Assembly (NCBI RefSeq): GCF_037042905.1
Contig: NC_087256.1
Coordinates: 31,000,001 to 31,064,000, forward strand
Source: Lytechinus pictus
Taxonomy: Eukaryota
Length of the DNA: 64,000 bases
Direction: 5' to 3'
Shown here: positions 1 through 13,856 of the stretch, in pieces
Position numbering within the stretch: position 1 is the stretch's first letter
Layout: each line of letters starts with the position of its first letter
The notes under the pieces: model-generated
Database searches by the model: none
What the model saw: the letters and a program-made list of their open reading frames with translations, nothing else
What the model was told of the DNA's origin: nothing
Made by a program: the position numbers and the translations under genes

Positions 1-1201
1 CAAAAATGTTGGATGAGGTCTGAATTGAAAAGGTGCAAAACGAGCAAAAAAAAGTTTGGACATCTGAGTTTGGCCATTAATTTCTTCCAACTCCCAATTT
101 TACACAATACATATTTGACATCATTCAAAATAGCATTTAATTTTCTTTAAAATGATACCATGCTTGTTATGATCATGCCATCACGAAAAGAGCACGATTC
201 AAAAGTGTTGGATGAGGTCTGAATTGAAAAGGTGCAAAACGAGCAAAAAAAAAGTTTGGAAATCTGAGTTTGGCAATTAATTTCTCCCAACTCCCAATTT
301 TACACAATGTATATTTGACATCATTCAAAATAGCATTTAATTTTCTTTAAAATGATACTATGCTTGTTATTATCATGCCATCACGAAAATAGCCGGATTC
401 AAGTGTTGGATGAGGTCTGAATTGAAAAGCTGCAAAACGAGCAGAAATAGTCATGAAGGGTCAATACAGAACATGATTCTTTTGTCTGTGTCAATACAAT
501 CCATTCAAATCAAGCCCCTGCTTCTTGATTTTTTATGTTTTGTTGTGGTTTATGTCGTGATGGTTCTGTGAAATAACATGGTTTGAGTCGTGGTTTTAAA
601 TACCCATGCATGTTTGTTTGTTTGTTTGTTTGTTATGTGTTTGCTCGTGCAGAGGTGTGTTTGATTCCATGTTAATGTTGATGTTAAGGTGCATGAAAAC
701 AATTAAAAGAAACCGCTGAAAAACTCACTCGTCACCACGAAAAAAGAACAGTGACTTTCAATATTGTGTCATTTTTCAACTATTGAATTTTGACCTTGCC
801 CCACATTTCAAGGCACTGCACCTCCATGTGAATCATGTAGGGTATCATTTTAACGAGAATTAAATGATCTATTCATTAATGTTAATTACACATTGATATC
901 TACTAAAACCGAGGAGAAATTATCGATCAAACTAAAAAGAAACCGCTGAGAAACTCACTCATCACCACGGAAAAAAAGAACACCGACTTTCAATATTGTG
1001 TCACTTTGCAACTTTTGAATATTGACCTTGCCCCACATTTCAAGGCATTGCACCTCCATGTGAACCATAATCATATCATGTAGGGTATCATTTTAAAGAC
1101 AATTAAATGATCTATTCATTGATATTAATTATACATTGATATTTTCTAAAAACCGAGGAGGGAATATCGATCAAAGTCAGATTTCCAAACTTTTTTTGAG
1201 G

Positions 1202-1205
<4 letters not shown>
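1..1205. mobile_element. Right part of a repeat-rich DNA element (Tc1/mariner-like end) inserted at a TA tract
   Basis: ~199-bp tandem units (starts 7, 206, 404) and ~230-bp units (~706, ~936). Terminal TCAGATTTCCAAACTTTTTTTGAGGAGTT abuts (TA)n and is the inverse of a motif in the 199-bp units. Confidence 0.5.

Positions 1206-1238
<33 letters not shown>
1206..1238. repeat. (TA)n microsatellite
   Basis: Directly visible. Others at ~14005-14022, 45839-45862 and 55002-55039. Confidence 0.95.
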
Positions 1239-1242
<4 letters not shown>

Positions 1243-1757
1243 GCCTGTCTCTGACGAATCGATGTGTCCGTATATGGGCAACAGCCTTATCATGGCCAAT
1301 TAATTGCATTAATTATGGGGAAAAAATCGTATTTAATCGGAGACTATTCTCACACCTCTACTCCCACAGGCAAGTACTAGCTTCCATTAGACATGAATGA
1401 TAGATGAAAACACTACTGTACTACATGCAGACCTGACTGCCAAAGACATTTCTCATGTACATTCAACTTCCTGTACGTGTTCGTGGTTTTCCAAAATTGA
1501 GAACCAAAATTATCGAAAAATTCTCACGCTCATGATCACGGGCTCTAATACATAAACAAATAATTTGAAAGTTTCACTACAATGCTAATCCGAAACCACC
1601 ATGAAACAATCTCTTGTCATAATTATGATTAGTTCGTACTGTCATTTTTTTTCTATTCTATTCTATATCAATATCCGAGTCTGTTTCGTGTTACCAAGCA
1701 TTTAGTTCAAGTGCTAGACATTCTTCATCAATTATTATTTATTCATCTTTATTATTT

Positions 1758-2035
1758 NNNNNNNNNNNNNNNNNNNNNNNNNNNNNNNNNNNNNNNNNNN
1801 NNNNNNNNNNNNNNNNNNNNNNNNNNNNNNNNNNNNNNNNNNNNNNNNNNNNNNNNNNNNNNNNNNNNNNNNNNNNNNNNNNNNNNNNNNNNNNNNNNNN
1901 NNNNNNNNNNNNNNNNNNNNNNNNNNNNNNNNNNNNNNNNNNNNNNNNNNNNNNNNNNNNNNNNNNNNNNNNNNNNNNNNNNNNNNNNNNNNNNNNNNNN
2001 NNNNNNNNNNNNNNNNNNNNNNNNNNNNNNNNNNN
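1758..2035. other. Assembly gap
   Basis: Run of N. Confidence 0.99.
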
Positions 2036-3871
2036 TGGTCCTGCGCATTTTGGGTTGAAGGCCATTTACTTCAAGCATTTAATGAAGATTATGGATTAAA
2101 AACAATCACATCAAGCATGTAACGTGTGCACCAGTTTGTCCATTTTCCATTTGAAATGACAAAACCGCCATTTTGGTCAACTCGGTCGCTTCGCTTGCTC
2201 AATTTTTATATGTTCTTGAACAATATACTTATTCTTGTCCCTGCAACCCCACCCCCCCCCCCGATTTTGGCAGAGGTCTTCTCTCTCCCTTTCTCTTTCC
2301 ACCCCTTCTCCTTCAAATAAATACATCCCTAGTCAAACTCGCATCAATGAAAATAATATTATATTCCAGCCGTAGATTAAGTTTTATATTTTCCTTGATT
2401 TCATTGCCTATATAATCTCAATATGAGGTTTTTAAATGTATTTTCCCTATGGACTGATTACTTTCACTTGATGAACACGCAAGCAAAAAAAAATAGTTCA
2501 ATATGTTGTGACGACGTTTATAAATACATCATTATGTATACACTAATTTATAGAAGAAAAAAAAACAAATTCTGTGGAAAGAGCTACAATCTCACCGTAT
2601 ATAGAGACAGAGGGGAATTTTTTTTTATATTTTACTTCAATACATTATGATAACATTTCAGCGGTTTCATCAGCTGTGTCAAAAGCCAATGAAATTTGCC
2701 CTGATTTATTTATTTATTTTTTAATTTGTAGACTATTAAGTGGACTGTTTTTCGTTTCTTCAAGTTACATTTTTTTACTTCATAATACCAATTAATAATA
2801 GATAGTTGATTAGCATTCCAAATTAATGAAAGGGTGTGATTACAATGTGAAAATCAGATTACAATATATTTCTTTTTTTAAGCAGCACTGGTGCGTTGTA
2901 TTTTTCGTCCTTTCTTTTAAAAATACCACAAGTAGAACAAAGATGGCATCAGGGACAAAGTTGCAAGAAATGAAAAAAAATGAAGAAAAGATGAGAAAGG
3001 AGGGGGAAAAGAGTAAGAAGTATATAGGGAAAAGGAAATTTGCGTCGTATAACCTTATGATGCTCCTATAATTTAAATGATAAAAATATTACCTCACCTT
3101 TGGATCGTTTTTGTCCCCTATAACATATTTCGGACGCCGCCCTTAAGGGAGAGGACTGGTTACCTTTTTGACAACGATTACACGGTATTATTCTCTGACA
3201 TGAGTATGAACATGATGACATGGGTGATTGAGGCGCAACAATTTGGTGACGTCATCGATATTTGGGCAGGGTGGCCGGTTTGTGATATACCCGACCGTCG
3301 CCTCGCCTTCAAGTTCGTTGATCTGAGAAATATGGTATTTCTAAACAGAGAACCATTAGACTGTCACTCTTGCAGACTCGCGATGCAGCCGCGGGGGAAA
3401 TTTATGCGAGGCTGACCAAGATAAGAAGAAGACAAATCCCGGCGAACTTGATATGGAACAGATAAAGGATGTTACCAAGCATTTAAGTAGGAAAATGATG
3501 GGCTATTTAAGCGTGGATGATGGGTTACCCTAACGGGACGGGGGTTGGGGCAGGGGCAGGGGTGCTGGGGTGGGGAGCAGGCAAGAGAACGTGGTGACAC
3601 ATTTAGTGCAAGTATCTAGTTCGTGTTTGCAATAGATCAATGGTATCAGTGATTTCCATTTTTTTAACAGGCAGTATCTTCATCTGCCTCTCCGCCTTAC
3701 AGCCATTCATATATTCTCTGACTAAAAGCTCATTCGTTTTTTTTAAACCAGTCTAAACGAATGACATAATTGTCTTTCGGAGATGAGATATCTAACAATG
3801 TTTGCAGGTAACAAAAATATTCGTTTGTTTATAGAATTGGTGATCTTTGATATACATTCACAACATTTAGA

Positions 3872-4072
3872 GGAGGCGCGATAGCTCAGTCGGTAGAGCG
3901 GGGGTTTCGGATTCCGGCGACCCGGGTTCGATTCCCAAGAGGTGCGCTAGTGCCCTTTGGTAAGGCATTTATCCTCATTACCAGGTCCCTCGGAGAGGAC
4001 CTTAAGCCGTTGGTCCCCTGGTTGGTTGCTCACAGGCATTCGTGCTTTCTTAGCAGTCAGGTAAAAAACCTC
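3872..4072 (+). mobile_element. tRNA-derived SINE
   Basis: A box TAGCTCAGTCGG, B box GGTTCGATTCC, then SINE body GTGCCCTTTGGTAAGGCATTTATCC. Confidence 0.85.
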
Positions 4073-5812
4073 GGTATAACATGACCTCTTGAAAAACAAA
4101 TTTAGATTTCAATGTTATTAAAATCGTACTGCTCCTACGGCTTCAGTAAATATGTGGTCCGTATAAATTTCTTTATATGATTGATGTTACTATCAAATGC
4201 TATTTCGTTGTAAATCGTTTAAAAATTAATATTGATAGCTCTAATGAGACATCCCCTATATATATAGCAATATAGGTTTATTGCAAAGATAATATGACCT
4301 TCAAGAAATTATCGGTAACAGCTGTAACTGCTGGAAATAGATTGAAAGTCCAGATTTTAGGATCATTCATTTAAATATTCTCATTCAAAATCTCAAGGAC
4401 AAATCATACAAATTTGTGAAGCAATATAGCAAAACAGTGATCGTTTCTGGTATTAGAACATGGATATATTCATTGCACGTTTAATAAGAAAGATGTACAT
4501 CAGAATAAAAATGATAAAGCTCGTCTATCGTGTTTAAACACACTCACATTGGAAATTTCAAAACAAATACATTCTACTACATACAAAATGAGTTCACCAG
4601 ACACATTTTTGCATTCCTCGTTCTGTTCTTCGAGATCAGCCGTAGATACATGGGCAAAATATAAAAAACATAATATATAAAACTCGTAAACCATAAAAAG
4701 CAAAGGGGGAAATCTAGATCACCGCGACATCACTTAATATAATTTTCATTTTTTAAATGAGGAAAGAAAACACGTAAAAAAGATTCGTAAACTAAATGCC
4801 ATTGAGAAATGGAGGTCAAACAAAGAGCCCTCAAGATGTATTATAAGAAAGTGAAATTGAAATAAGTTTTTGAGGAAGTGAGAGTGCGCTCGAGTGTCGA
4901 AACTAACACTTTTTGGACAAGGTATATTTGTGATGAGATTTAAAAAATCCTGATATCCCCATCCCTACGTTAATCAAGACATGGCAATATAAAGCAGATT
5001 ACAAATAGTAACCGACACCCCCATTAGACAAACAAACTGCATTTAGACCCCAAAAGTCCAAACACAAACTAATCAATTAAGCGATCCAACAAAACAAATA
5101 AACTTCAAGCGAAAAAATTATCAGATTCAATGATAAAATTTGATATCAAAATCACGAAATAAAAGAAAAACAAAGTCAGATTGGTGGCTTCAAGTGCGCA
5201 TGTTCAAAGTTTTGGTTTTCCCCCATATCAAGACTTAACGTTGGCCTCCTATACCTTTCTTTCTATACAAAAATAAGTATCTTCCTTGTTTTTCTTTCAA
5301 TGCTACTTAGAAAAAGCTTTTGGTTTCCTTACATAACCATCCCATAACTTTAAACATTTACAATAATTATCTCTAAACAGTATTTCAAGGAGATAAAACT
5401 CCTATCTTTACGATGCTAAGAGATGCTAAATGTTTATTGCCGTCTGCATCTGTTTTGCCATCGTAAGACAGGGGAGATAGTAAGCCTTTCGTTAAACATA
5501 TCAAAACATAGCAGTATTTTGTGGGGTTTTAATCGTTACTACAATTATTATGTATTCGGAGCACTATAGATCTGACATAATTTGCGAACAGATAGGGATG
5601 GAGGCTTGGGGACATGTACCCCCTTAAATTTCACGACCAAGACAAAAAGGGAGAAAAAGAAAGAAATGGGAAGAAAAATGGGCGAAATATATTTCGAGTT
5701 TTATGTCAAAATCTATCAAAAAGTTATATTTTTGTATAAATATGTCAAAATTTTTGTTCGTTTGCTTTATCATTATTTTTCTCCATTTTTTCTGTTTTTA
5801 TCAAAACCAATA

Positions 5813-6003
5813 CACTCTAAAAAGGGTTTATCCAATATTGGGTAAAATGGGAACATGCATGTTGGTTGGGTAAAAAGATATGTATTTGTAAATTTTACGC
5901 AATGTTGCGTTGAAATAGCCCAATGTGCGATAAAAAAAATACCCAGCAAACATGTATGTTCCCTTTCTAATATTGGGTAAAATTTTACTCAGTGTTATTA
6001 GGG
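5813..6003. mobile_element. CACTCTAAAAA MITE, inverted copy of 61835-62034
   Basis: Aligns to the reverse complement of the 61835 element. Right end decayed. Confidence 0.75.
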
Positions 6004-9000
6004 TCCAGAGGAAATTCCAATTTCATTAAAAAAGTAATGTTTTATGAACGTGGGTTTATTTCAAACTCTGGTCTAAAATTAGGATAGCAAACTGTGGCAC
6101 AAATTTCTAACAGTGCATGTTCAATCCATCAACTGACTGAGAATGATTAATGAAAGAGTTTTTCCCCTTCATCATAAAAGCAAGGGGAAACAAAATAGTT
6201 AACAAAAGAACTGCACGATACATACCTAATTGTAAAATTATGGCTCCCCACAATTTCAGCACAGGGTTAAACCGTGATCTAAATCAATCTGGACTTCAGA
6301 ATACAATGAATCAGAAGAGCTAAAATCTTCCTAATAGGCCGGGTGAAATCACCGCTTCTCAACCGGTGATCCGCGGCCCAATTGCAAGGCGGGAAGCATT
6401 TTCAGGTGGGCTGTGAGTAACACAATGATGTTGATTTTATCTTTAAATCAAATCGAAATGAATATCATATATATATTTTTAAGCATAAGCACAGATAGAA
6501 ATATCTATCAGCCCTCCTTATATTCTTTTTCTTAACGTCGGCTAAAGCTTGAGTGACGATTGCGGAGGGTATATAGAGAGAGTCATTTCTGACAGACACA
6601 TACGCGTTATGTAAGAGCCCAATATCACTGATTAACGTCGATTCTTCATTATCAAAACTTGCAACAGCCGTTGCAATTAATTTCAGCTATTTTTATACAC
6701 GAATACCCTTTGTAACTCCGAATAAAAAAGGAAAATAATGAATTCGTTTCTTCTTGCTATACACAAAAGATTCATAATTCTTGAGAGGTTTTCACCTTGT
6801 TGAAAAAACAGCCCATTCAATGAAACAAGCCCCTACAAAACATCCACAGACTTTAATTCTTCTTTGTAAATCTCGGATATAACATTAACCCATTTCATTC
6901 AATGCTTTTAAAAGGTACGCAGTCATTATCTCTGCACATTTTGGTTCATTTTTTTGTCTGTATTTGCGCCGTCAAATCTATTACAATTCCGAAAAATTCA
7001 ATTCTACTTTTCTAGTTTTTAGGGATTTAGATAAATTTGAGGGTTAAGGTCTCATTCTCATACTGAATTCCCAAAGGATAATTTTTCACATAAATGTAGG
7101 TCATAGTTGGTTACTGATGGCAATTAGGCTAATGAGGTGCATGATGCAGTAACCAAATTAGAGGCATAACATGGCGTATAATGGGAAAATAGAAATCGCG
7201 AGTGATCAAAGCAAGCGAATGAAAAATTTTGAGTTATTAAAATGAAAATATGATTTTGCGATAGATTTTAAAATCATATTCAATATTATATATCATACTT
7301 CATACTTCAGTTTTGTCCCTATATTCTTTTTTTGTGTGTGTGTGGAGGGAATGATGGGAGGGGGCAGAGCCCCAATCTCTACTTCAAATTCATCATGTTA
7401 TTCGTTCAATGAGCCGATCTCTCAGTTAGTATTGAGCGAGGATTGTATCTCATTCCGGTGATATAATGTGATCAAAAAGATAGTGAATAACCGAGAATCT
7501 CTTCATAAAATTGAATGAAATTCACTTCACCCAAAGGAAAATATAATCAACAATACTTTATTAAAACGAAAAAAAAAAGAAACGACAACAATACGTACAC
7601 TTAGAAGGGTGGCTATAGCGTGAGCCACTTTATCTATTTCATACATTATATTTTGACCAAGTCTCAATGAATTTCGTTTTCAATTGTTTAATAATATTCT
7701 AGAACTATTTCAATTTTAAAACGATATCAATAAGGTAGAAAGAAATTAATCAAACAATTAGGATAGCACATGATAACACTTAAGTTGAGATATATATATG
7801 ACTTATGAATACAAATCAATGATAACAATAGATATCAAACGAAATCATTAATGAAAACACAATCGAAATGTTTTATTTTTATACCTTTTTGGTCTTAAAA
7901 CATTTAATTAATTCGATCATCAATTAGCGCGAAGCACAATCAATTATCTCACCATCGGTATTATAGTTCATGAACCGTGATGGAATTACATCCTGGAGTG
8001 ATTGATTCTCAATTTTACTCTACCCGGAAGTATGATAAAGAAAAGAATAATAATTATTCATTCGGGCCATTAAAACAGCGCTTGTCTTTGATACAAAGAC
8101 ATTGAATATTCCAAATACTTACAAAACAAACGCATCTTATATCAAAGCACTTCAACTGTAAGATAGATTTATATTTTAGGGTTTATTAGTCATGCATTAC
8201 GACATAATCCATATTTTGTATAATGATTGCATAATTACTGTATGCGATACTAGTATTCGAAGCGCTATAATTCTTAAATCTAAATGAAAAATATTATTTA
8301 GTTACAACATCATTTACGTGATGGGCAAAGAAAAAAATAATTAAGAGAAAATGAAAATTGAGGTCGTTAAATCTGACGTACGTGGGAAAGTTTATATAAG
8401 TCGCCTAGCGTGCGGGAAATTTGGCGTTTTAAAAAAATGGAAATCTAATTTTGTGATATATTCAACAAATAAAATCATATTCACCAATTCCTTTTATTTT
8501 CCTTTACTCTCTTTTTTCTTAAATATTCATACATAAACGCATTTATTTCATGCACAGATTAATATTACATTTACAAACATGATGATATAAAGACACACAA
8601 GAAATAGAAATAATTTATGAACGAGGGGATAGCTTAAAAGGCAGAAAAGCCTTATTGGTGCTGCCACCAAAAGGAACAAAGACAAATAATACAAAACACT
8701 TACAATACACAACACGTAAAAACATCATTATTTCTATTGGTCGTTGAACTTTGGGGGAGAGGGGTAAAGACCCCCCCCCCCATCCACCATCTTTACGCGG
8801 GTGTCCAATATATACACATACCTTCCAATACTTGCTAATCACTTCTTTATATTTACCATAATAGTGTAAAGGTCCTCAAGGAACTATGAATGGTAGTATA
8901 ATAATAGGGAGTTCGACGAGAGTGATTTTTTTTAATGTTCGAGGGAGAAATTCATGGATCCAAGAGATTATGCAATTCACATACAGTCGATTGTACAGTC

Positions 9001-9315
9001 AAGCACTTTAATATGTGAACTACAGAGTTTAGGAGGGGTGACAAACATCCCTTTTCCCTTTTAAAAGATTTTTTTTCTTTATTAAGGTCAGGTACCTTGT
9101 TTAATCTGTTATCTGTTATGCATAAGAAGATCACAAAATCCAACCAGAATCGATTGAGACAATATTTCAATTTTTGTCTCATTTATGCTCTGAATCATTT
9201 TTTTTTATTTGTCGAGGTTCAGATATTCTTCGCAACCTTGACTATAGCACTAGAACGTGTTCAAGAAAAGAATTCTTCATCGTCATGATCATAATCGTAG
9301 ACATGTTGTTACTAA

Positions 9316-9747
9316 AGCCCCCATTACACTTATTCCGAATCAAGCAGAATTGGCCTGAATAAAAGGACTATTGTTTGACCACCAGTTGGTCATTTAAATC
9401 TACTTCGAACACCGTTCGAAAATATCCCTCGAATGTTTTGAACATGACCAAAAACCTTCGGGACGGCCAAAAGAAATGACAAAAATATTTCGAATGCACT
9501 CAGAATGCAGTCAGGATATTTAGAATGCCCCTAGTATGTCCAAGAACGTAGCACGAATTGTCAATCTGACTCCATTGCGGTTCATTTTGACTAGTGTATG
9601 ATGATACACGTGGTCAATTTACTGAATTTCAACTCCAGTTTGGTGAATTCATAAGTTCCTCCCAAAAATTTCTAGATTTTTTGAATATTTTTTTCTTTCC
9701 AGCTTCTGCTTGATTCCTGCTGATTCCGAATAAGTGTGATGGGGGCT
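9316..9747. mobile_element. PIF/Harbinger-like MITE
   Basis: ~30-bp TIR AGCCCCCATTACACTTATTCCGAATCA / TGATTCCGAATAAGTGTGATGGGGGCT with TAA on both sides. Confidence 0.8.
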
Positions 9748-10746
9748 TAAGCATGGGGAATTCTTGAATCTTGGAAATCTACAACGCCACCTGGGAGAAA
9801 ATTAAATGACGATTTAGAAAGGGTGTGCGAGACTGTCCGGTTTAAAACAAGTAGTAAGGGGGAGAAAGAAGAAAAGATACAAAATCCTAGGAAAAGAAAT
9901 GAAAGTATAGGTTGTGTAAATCTACGATACCCCTAATTTTCAACTGAAGAATTTTTTTTACATCATTCTTAGCTGATCATGCTCCCCCTTTATATATATA
10001 TAAAAAAAAACCTTGTGCTGCCGGTGTGTGTATTTCTTAATAAACATTATTAGCTAAATGAAAATATAATATTACTAATCATTTATAAAATTCTTACCAT
10101 AAATGTAATTCAGGCGAATACGAATCGAATTTTAGAAATACCGTAGCTATATAGCTCAATAAACCTACCATAATTACTTTGTCAAATCTCTGTTATTTCC
10201 ACTTTTCCGGGAAAAGGGACATATTTTGACCTCAAATTTACCAGAGAAGGTAGAGCAAAGGACAAGTTTCGATAAGTTAATCCCTGCCGAGCAATCACAT
10301 GGAGTTGTAAAATAGAATAGTACAGGCCCACTTATTTTCGAGATAAGTCCATTAGTAGACGTATCACTTACGTGCGACACTGCAGGAGCGGAGCGGGGGC
10401 GACCCCTGTGAGAGAGACAATCCAACAAAAAGTTTAAAAAGTGAAGTGTGGATGGTGCAACCATATCATTCATTTCATAAAAAATGAGGTCATCTTAAGT
10501 TAGGTATTCCATCCCCAATCCCTTTCCTACAAAATACACTGTACTGGCACTGTCCATGCTGTCACGAACGAATGATTCGAATCACCATTCTTAACGCAAC
10601 ATACTAATTTAGGGATATCTTTATATACCCTTTATTATGCGGGCCTTTGATTTTGATTGAATTGATATTCATTCATTTATCACTAATTCTAAAAACCACT
10701 CTACATATGAAAAACATAAATGATGAATGAGCATTATATACGATAT

Positions 10747-11003
10747 CGGTTCCATGACATTTGCTCCGGCGACAATTGCTCTGATGGACAATCTACACGT
10801 TAAGCCAAACATAAAATGTAACCTCTAAAATATGTAAACTCTAATCTTTATCTCTACAGTATTCTAAAAACCATTTGGCCCGAATTCACACAATAAGTTT
10901 AAACCCGGGGGGGGGGGGGGGGGGGGCTAAACTTCTTTCGTGAATTCGGGCCAAAGACTGTATACTTCTAACCCTACGCACTCTGGGAGCAAATGTCGCC
11001 ACG
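10747..11003 (+). mobile_element. Related MITE carrying a 76-bp hairpin insert (10877-10952)
   Basis: CGGTTCCATGACATTTGCTCCGGCGACAATTGCTC ... GGAGCAAATGTCG. Confidence 0.65.
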
Positions 11004-11107
11004 GGGCTCCCTGGGAATCATAAAGTAACTCATGCCTCGTTTGCATTCTGGCCACGACCCTCACAGGGTGCTCGTAGGGTGATTGTTTCCTGCTTATCGT
11101 TGCGTAC

Positions 11108-11386
11108 CAGTGGCGTGCAATGAACCACAATTTTAGGGGGGGGGGGCAGATACGGTGTATTGGGCAATACATCAAAACTGCTGCGAGACGGCGAATAAAA
11201 AAAAGACTTTTTAATACAAAAAATATATTTTGTGATGGATTTTGACATAATATTAATAAAAAGCATATTATTCTACCCTTTTCCCTTTCCTTACCCTTCT
11301 TTTTGTCTCCCCCTTTGGTAGTGAAAATGTGGGCGTCCGTAGCCCATCAAGCCAAAAAAAAAAAAAAAAAAAACTGTACGCCAGTG
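11108..11386. mobile_element. hAT-like MITE, same family as 46323
   Basis: CAGTGGCGTGCA ... TGTACGCCAGTG, shared internal TTTGTGAT..ATTTTGACATAATATT, degenerate TSD TTGCGTAC/TTGGGTGC. More decayed relatives at ~7160-7380 and ~36150-36380. Confidence 0.7.
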
Positions 11387-11699
11387 TTGGGTGCTATGAT
11401 CGTACGATTTTCGTAGGAATTTATTTTGTGTAGCGCGATTATTCATTTTTTTTTCTCACAATCTTAGGTTTGTAGGAATTAAAGTTCGCAGGTAGGGTCA
11501 TTATTCGACCAGCTCAGGGATATGGGGGAATAAAGATTTTTCGGCATTCCAACTCCGTGCTTGTAACAGCATCCTTCAAATGTGAACCAAAGATCTATCA
11601 TTTTCCAGCAACTCTGTGAATAATGTGTGACCTAATTAGGGAGCCAGCAACTTTGAAGGTATTTTTTTGTACAGACAAATGGCGCCATAAAAATGCTAT

Positions 11700-11751
11700 T
11701 CATCATCATCACCACCATCACCATCATCATCATCGTCATCGTCATCATCAT
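11700..11751. repeat. (CAT/CAC/CGT)n microsatellite
   Basis: Directly visible. Confidence 0.95.
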
Positions 11752-12944
11752 TGTACGATTTTCTTTGGCTTCTGTATGACTTTATATTTCACTTGTCATA
11801 ATCCATGTGGAAAACAATGAACACGTATACAAACAATTGTTTTAAATGTTTTATATGAATAACAAAATGGAATAAGCATGGTAAAGTTCATGGAAAGTTC
11901 TTTCAAATCGTTCCCTGGCATCACCATAGCCATAATCTCATTCATGATATCTTTATTAAAAATATCATATTATATCTCTTCACTATTTTTTTCATTGACT
12001 AAATCTATCGTTGAATTAAGAAAAAAAAACTACCACGCTCTGCGCATGGGCAGTGAGAGGCAACCTGTTCGGCCAGATAGACGCTAATTTCCTGCCTAAA
12101 AAAACTGTGTGCGGAAACAAGCCAATAAAATTTAACATCCGTATACAGGGAAGCATAGGCCTGTCCATGTCGATGTTTATTCCTTCCATAATTCATGATA
12201 TCGATTCCCTTTCTAAAGGTATCAATGAAATAAATATTCTCATTTTTCTTTAATTAGGGAAAGTACCAGGTCCATTACTCTGAATTCCCAGCTCCTCAAA
12301 CCCGTCTATCTCGCGGCATTAGTGGTCTATTTTACACACACACAGGAAGTATCCAGCGTCCTTTAAATAAATTTATATTAACGTGGTTTTTCTCATTTTT
12401 ATCGTGTTTTAATATATGTTCATATTCATATTACGTCCACGTTTGCATTGAGATAGATCACAACTAAAGTGACCTTCGCATAAAACAACAACAAAAAAGG
12501 GTGATCGAAAGTTGTTTTCTTCCTTGACAGGATGAACTGGAATTTCAATTTAAGATTGTGTTAATTTCTCCCTCTTTTTGTTTTGTTTTGATGTATTGCT
12601 TCTGTTTACTTTTATAAAACTCATATGAACAAAAAAAAGGTCGTTGCACCGATCAAAGTTTTTGTCTACATTTATGATACATGATGTAACATTATATTCT
12701 TCTAAAATAAGAATGAATGATTTCGTCATATAGCTCCCATTAACACTTCACATTCATTTAATTCTAATGAATACATATTTTTCCCGAATTTAAAGCATTT
12801 CAAATTTCGATTTTGAACATTAACTGTCATCGAATTATAATAATAAACGTTGTTAATATAATTCTATTTTTCAATAATGATGAAAGTATATAAACATCTG
12901 TCTTCTCAAACATACTTTAAAACCAATTTTGTTCCAATCTGTCA

Positions 12945-13170
12945 TTTGAGGAGCCCACCATATAAAGCTTTGCTTTCTTGTCGGATCCTCCATTTTCGCA
13001 AATTATGAATCATTTAATCCTTTGTCTGTATTCTTATTATAACATGTCTATTTTAAGTTGATTTAACGACCTTGGTATATTGTATATGACATTGACTTGT
13101 TACGATTGTATTTACTTGGTTAATGTTTTGTTTAAAATGAAATGAAAAATGAAAAAAATGCATGAAATGG
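12945..13170 (+). mobile_element. Orphan LINE 3' tail remnant
   Basis: Hairpin GAGGAGCC...GGATCCTC, T-rich UTR, (AAATG)n tail. Confidence 0.45.
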
Positions 13171-13171
13171 G

Positions 13172-13433
13172 AATAATAATAATAATAATAGGATTTATAA
13201 AGCGCTTTTTGCCAGAGGATACAAAGGCTTTAGCTCGAGCTACCATCACCGGCGCTCAGTGCATGCAAGGAATTACTCCTGCCGGGTACCCATTCACCTC
13301 ACCTGGGTCGAGTGCAGCACCACAGTGTGGATAAATTTCTTGCTGAAGGAAAATACGCCATGGCTACGATTCGAACACACGACCCTCTGTTTCAAAGGCG
13401 AGAGTCAGAACCACTAGACCACGACGCACCCAC
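13172..13433 (-). mobile_element. tRNA-derived SINE with L2-like tail (SURF1-like)
   Basis: Minus strand: TGGTCTAGTGG (A box), GTTCGAATC (B box), core CCTTCAGCAAGAAATTTATCC...GACCCAGGTGAGGTGAATGGGTACC, tail AAGCGCTTTATAAATCC(TAT)n. Confidence 0.85.
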
Positions 13434-13706
13434 AATGTTGGGTTAACAAATAAGGAGAGTTATTAAAACTGTCATTGTAGAAACCGAATTGTTAGGTCTA
13501 TCGCTCTCAAACTCTGACTCAGATTTTCACCATTTTAAAATCCACCAGATACATGATAAACGTGTAAATATTACAACTTAGGACTTTTGGATTCGGATAA
13601 CTCCTACTTTTTTCCTAGGAACAAAATTTAAATTTAGATATAAAGAAGAAGAAAAAGCAAGACTATTAAACCAGACGATTATATTGCTATTAACAAATTT
13701 TTTTTC

Positions 13707-13856
13707 NNNNNNNNNNNNNNNNNNNNNNNNNNNNNNNNNNNNNNNNNNNNNNNNNNNNNNNNNNNNNNNNNNNNNNNNNNNNNNNNNNNNNNNNNNNNNN
13801 NNNNNNNNNNNNNNNNNNNNNNNNNNNNNNNNNNNNNNNNNNNNNNNNNNNNNNNN
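13707..13856. other. Assembly gap
   Basis: Run of N. Confidence 0.99.

Noticed and set aside
1711-2078. ORFs spanning N runs (also 13684-13959)
   Set aside because: Artefacts of assembly gaps.
3077-3415. 112-aa ATG ORF and the other short ORFs in the desert
   Set aside because: No recognisable domain or exon chain, and lengths are compatible with chance.
3872-3948. tRNA genes (also at 13433, 30991, 47152)
   Set aside because: A and B boxes are present, but each continues into a SINE body and tail, and one family occurs twice.
11623-11820. His-rich ORF; likewise Ile/Asn-rich ORFs at 33104-33566 and 47385
   Set aside because: Translations of trinucleotide microsatellites.
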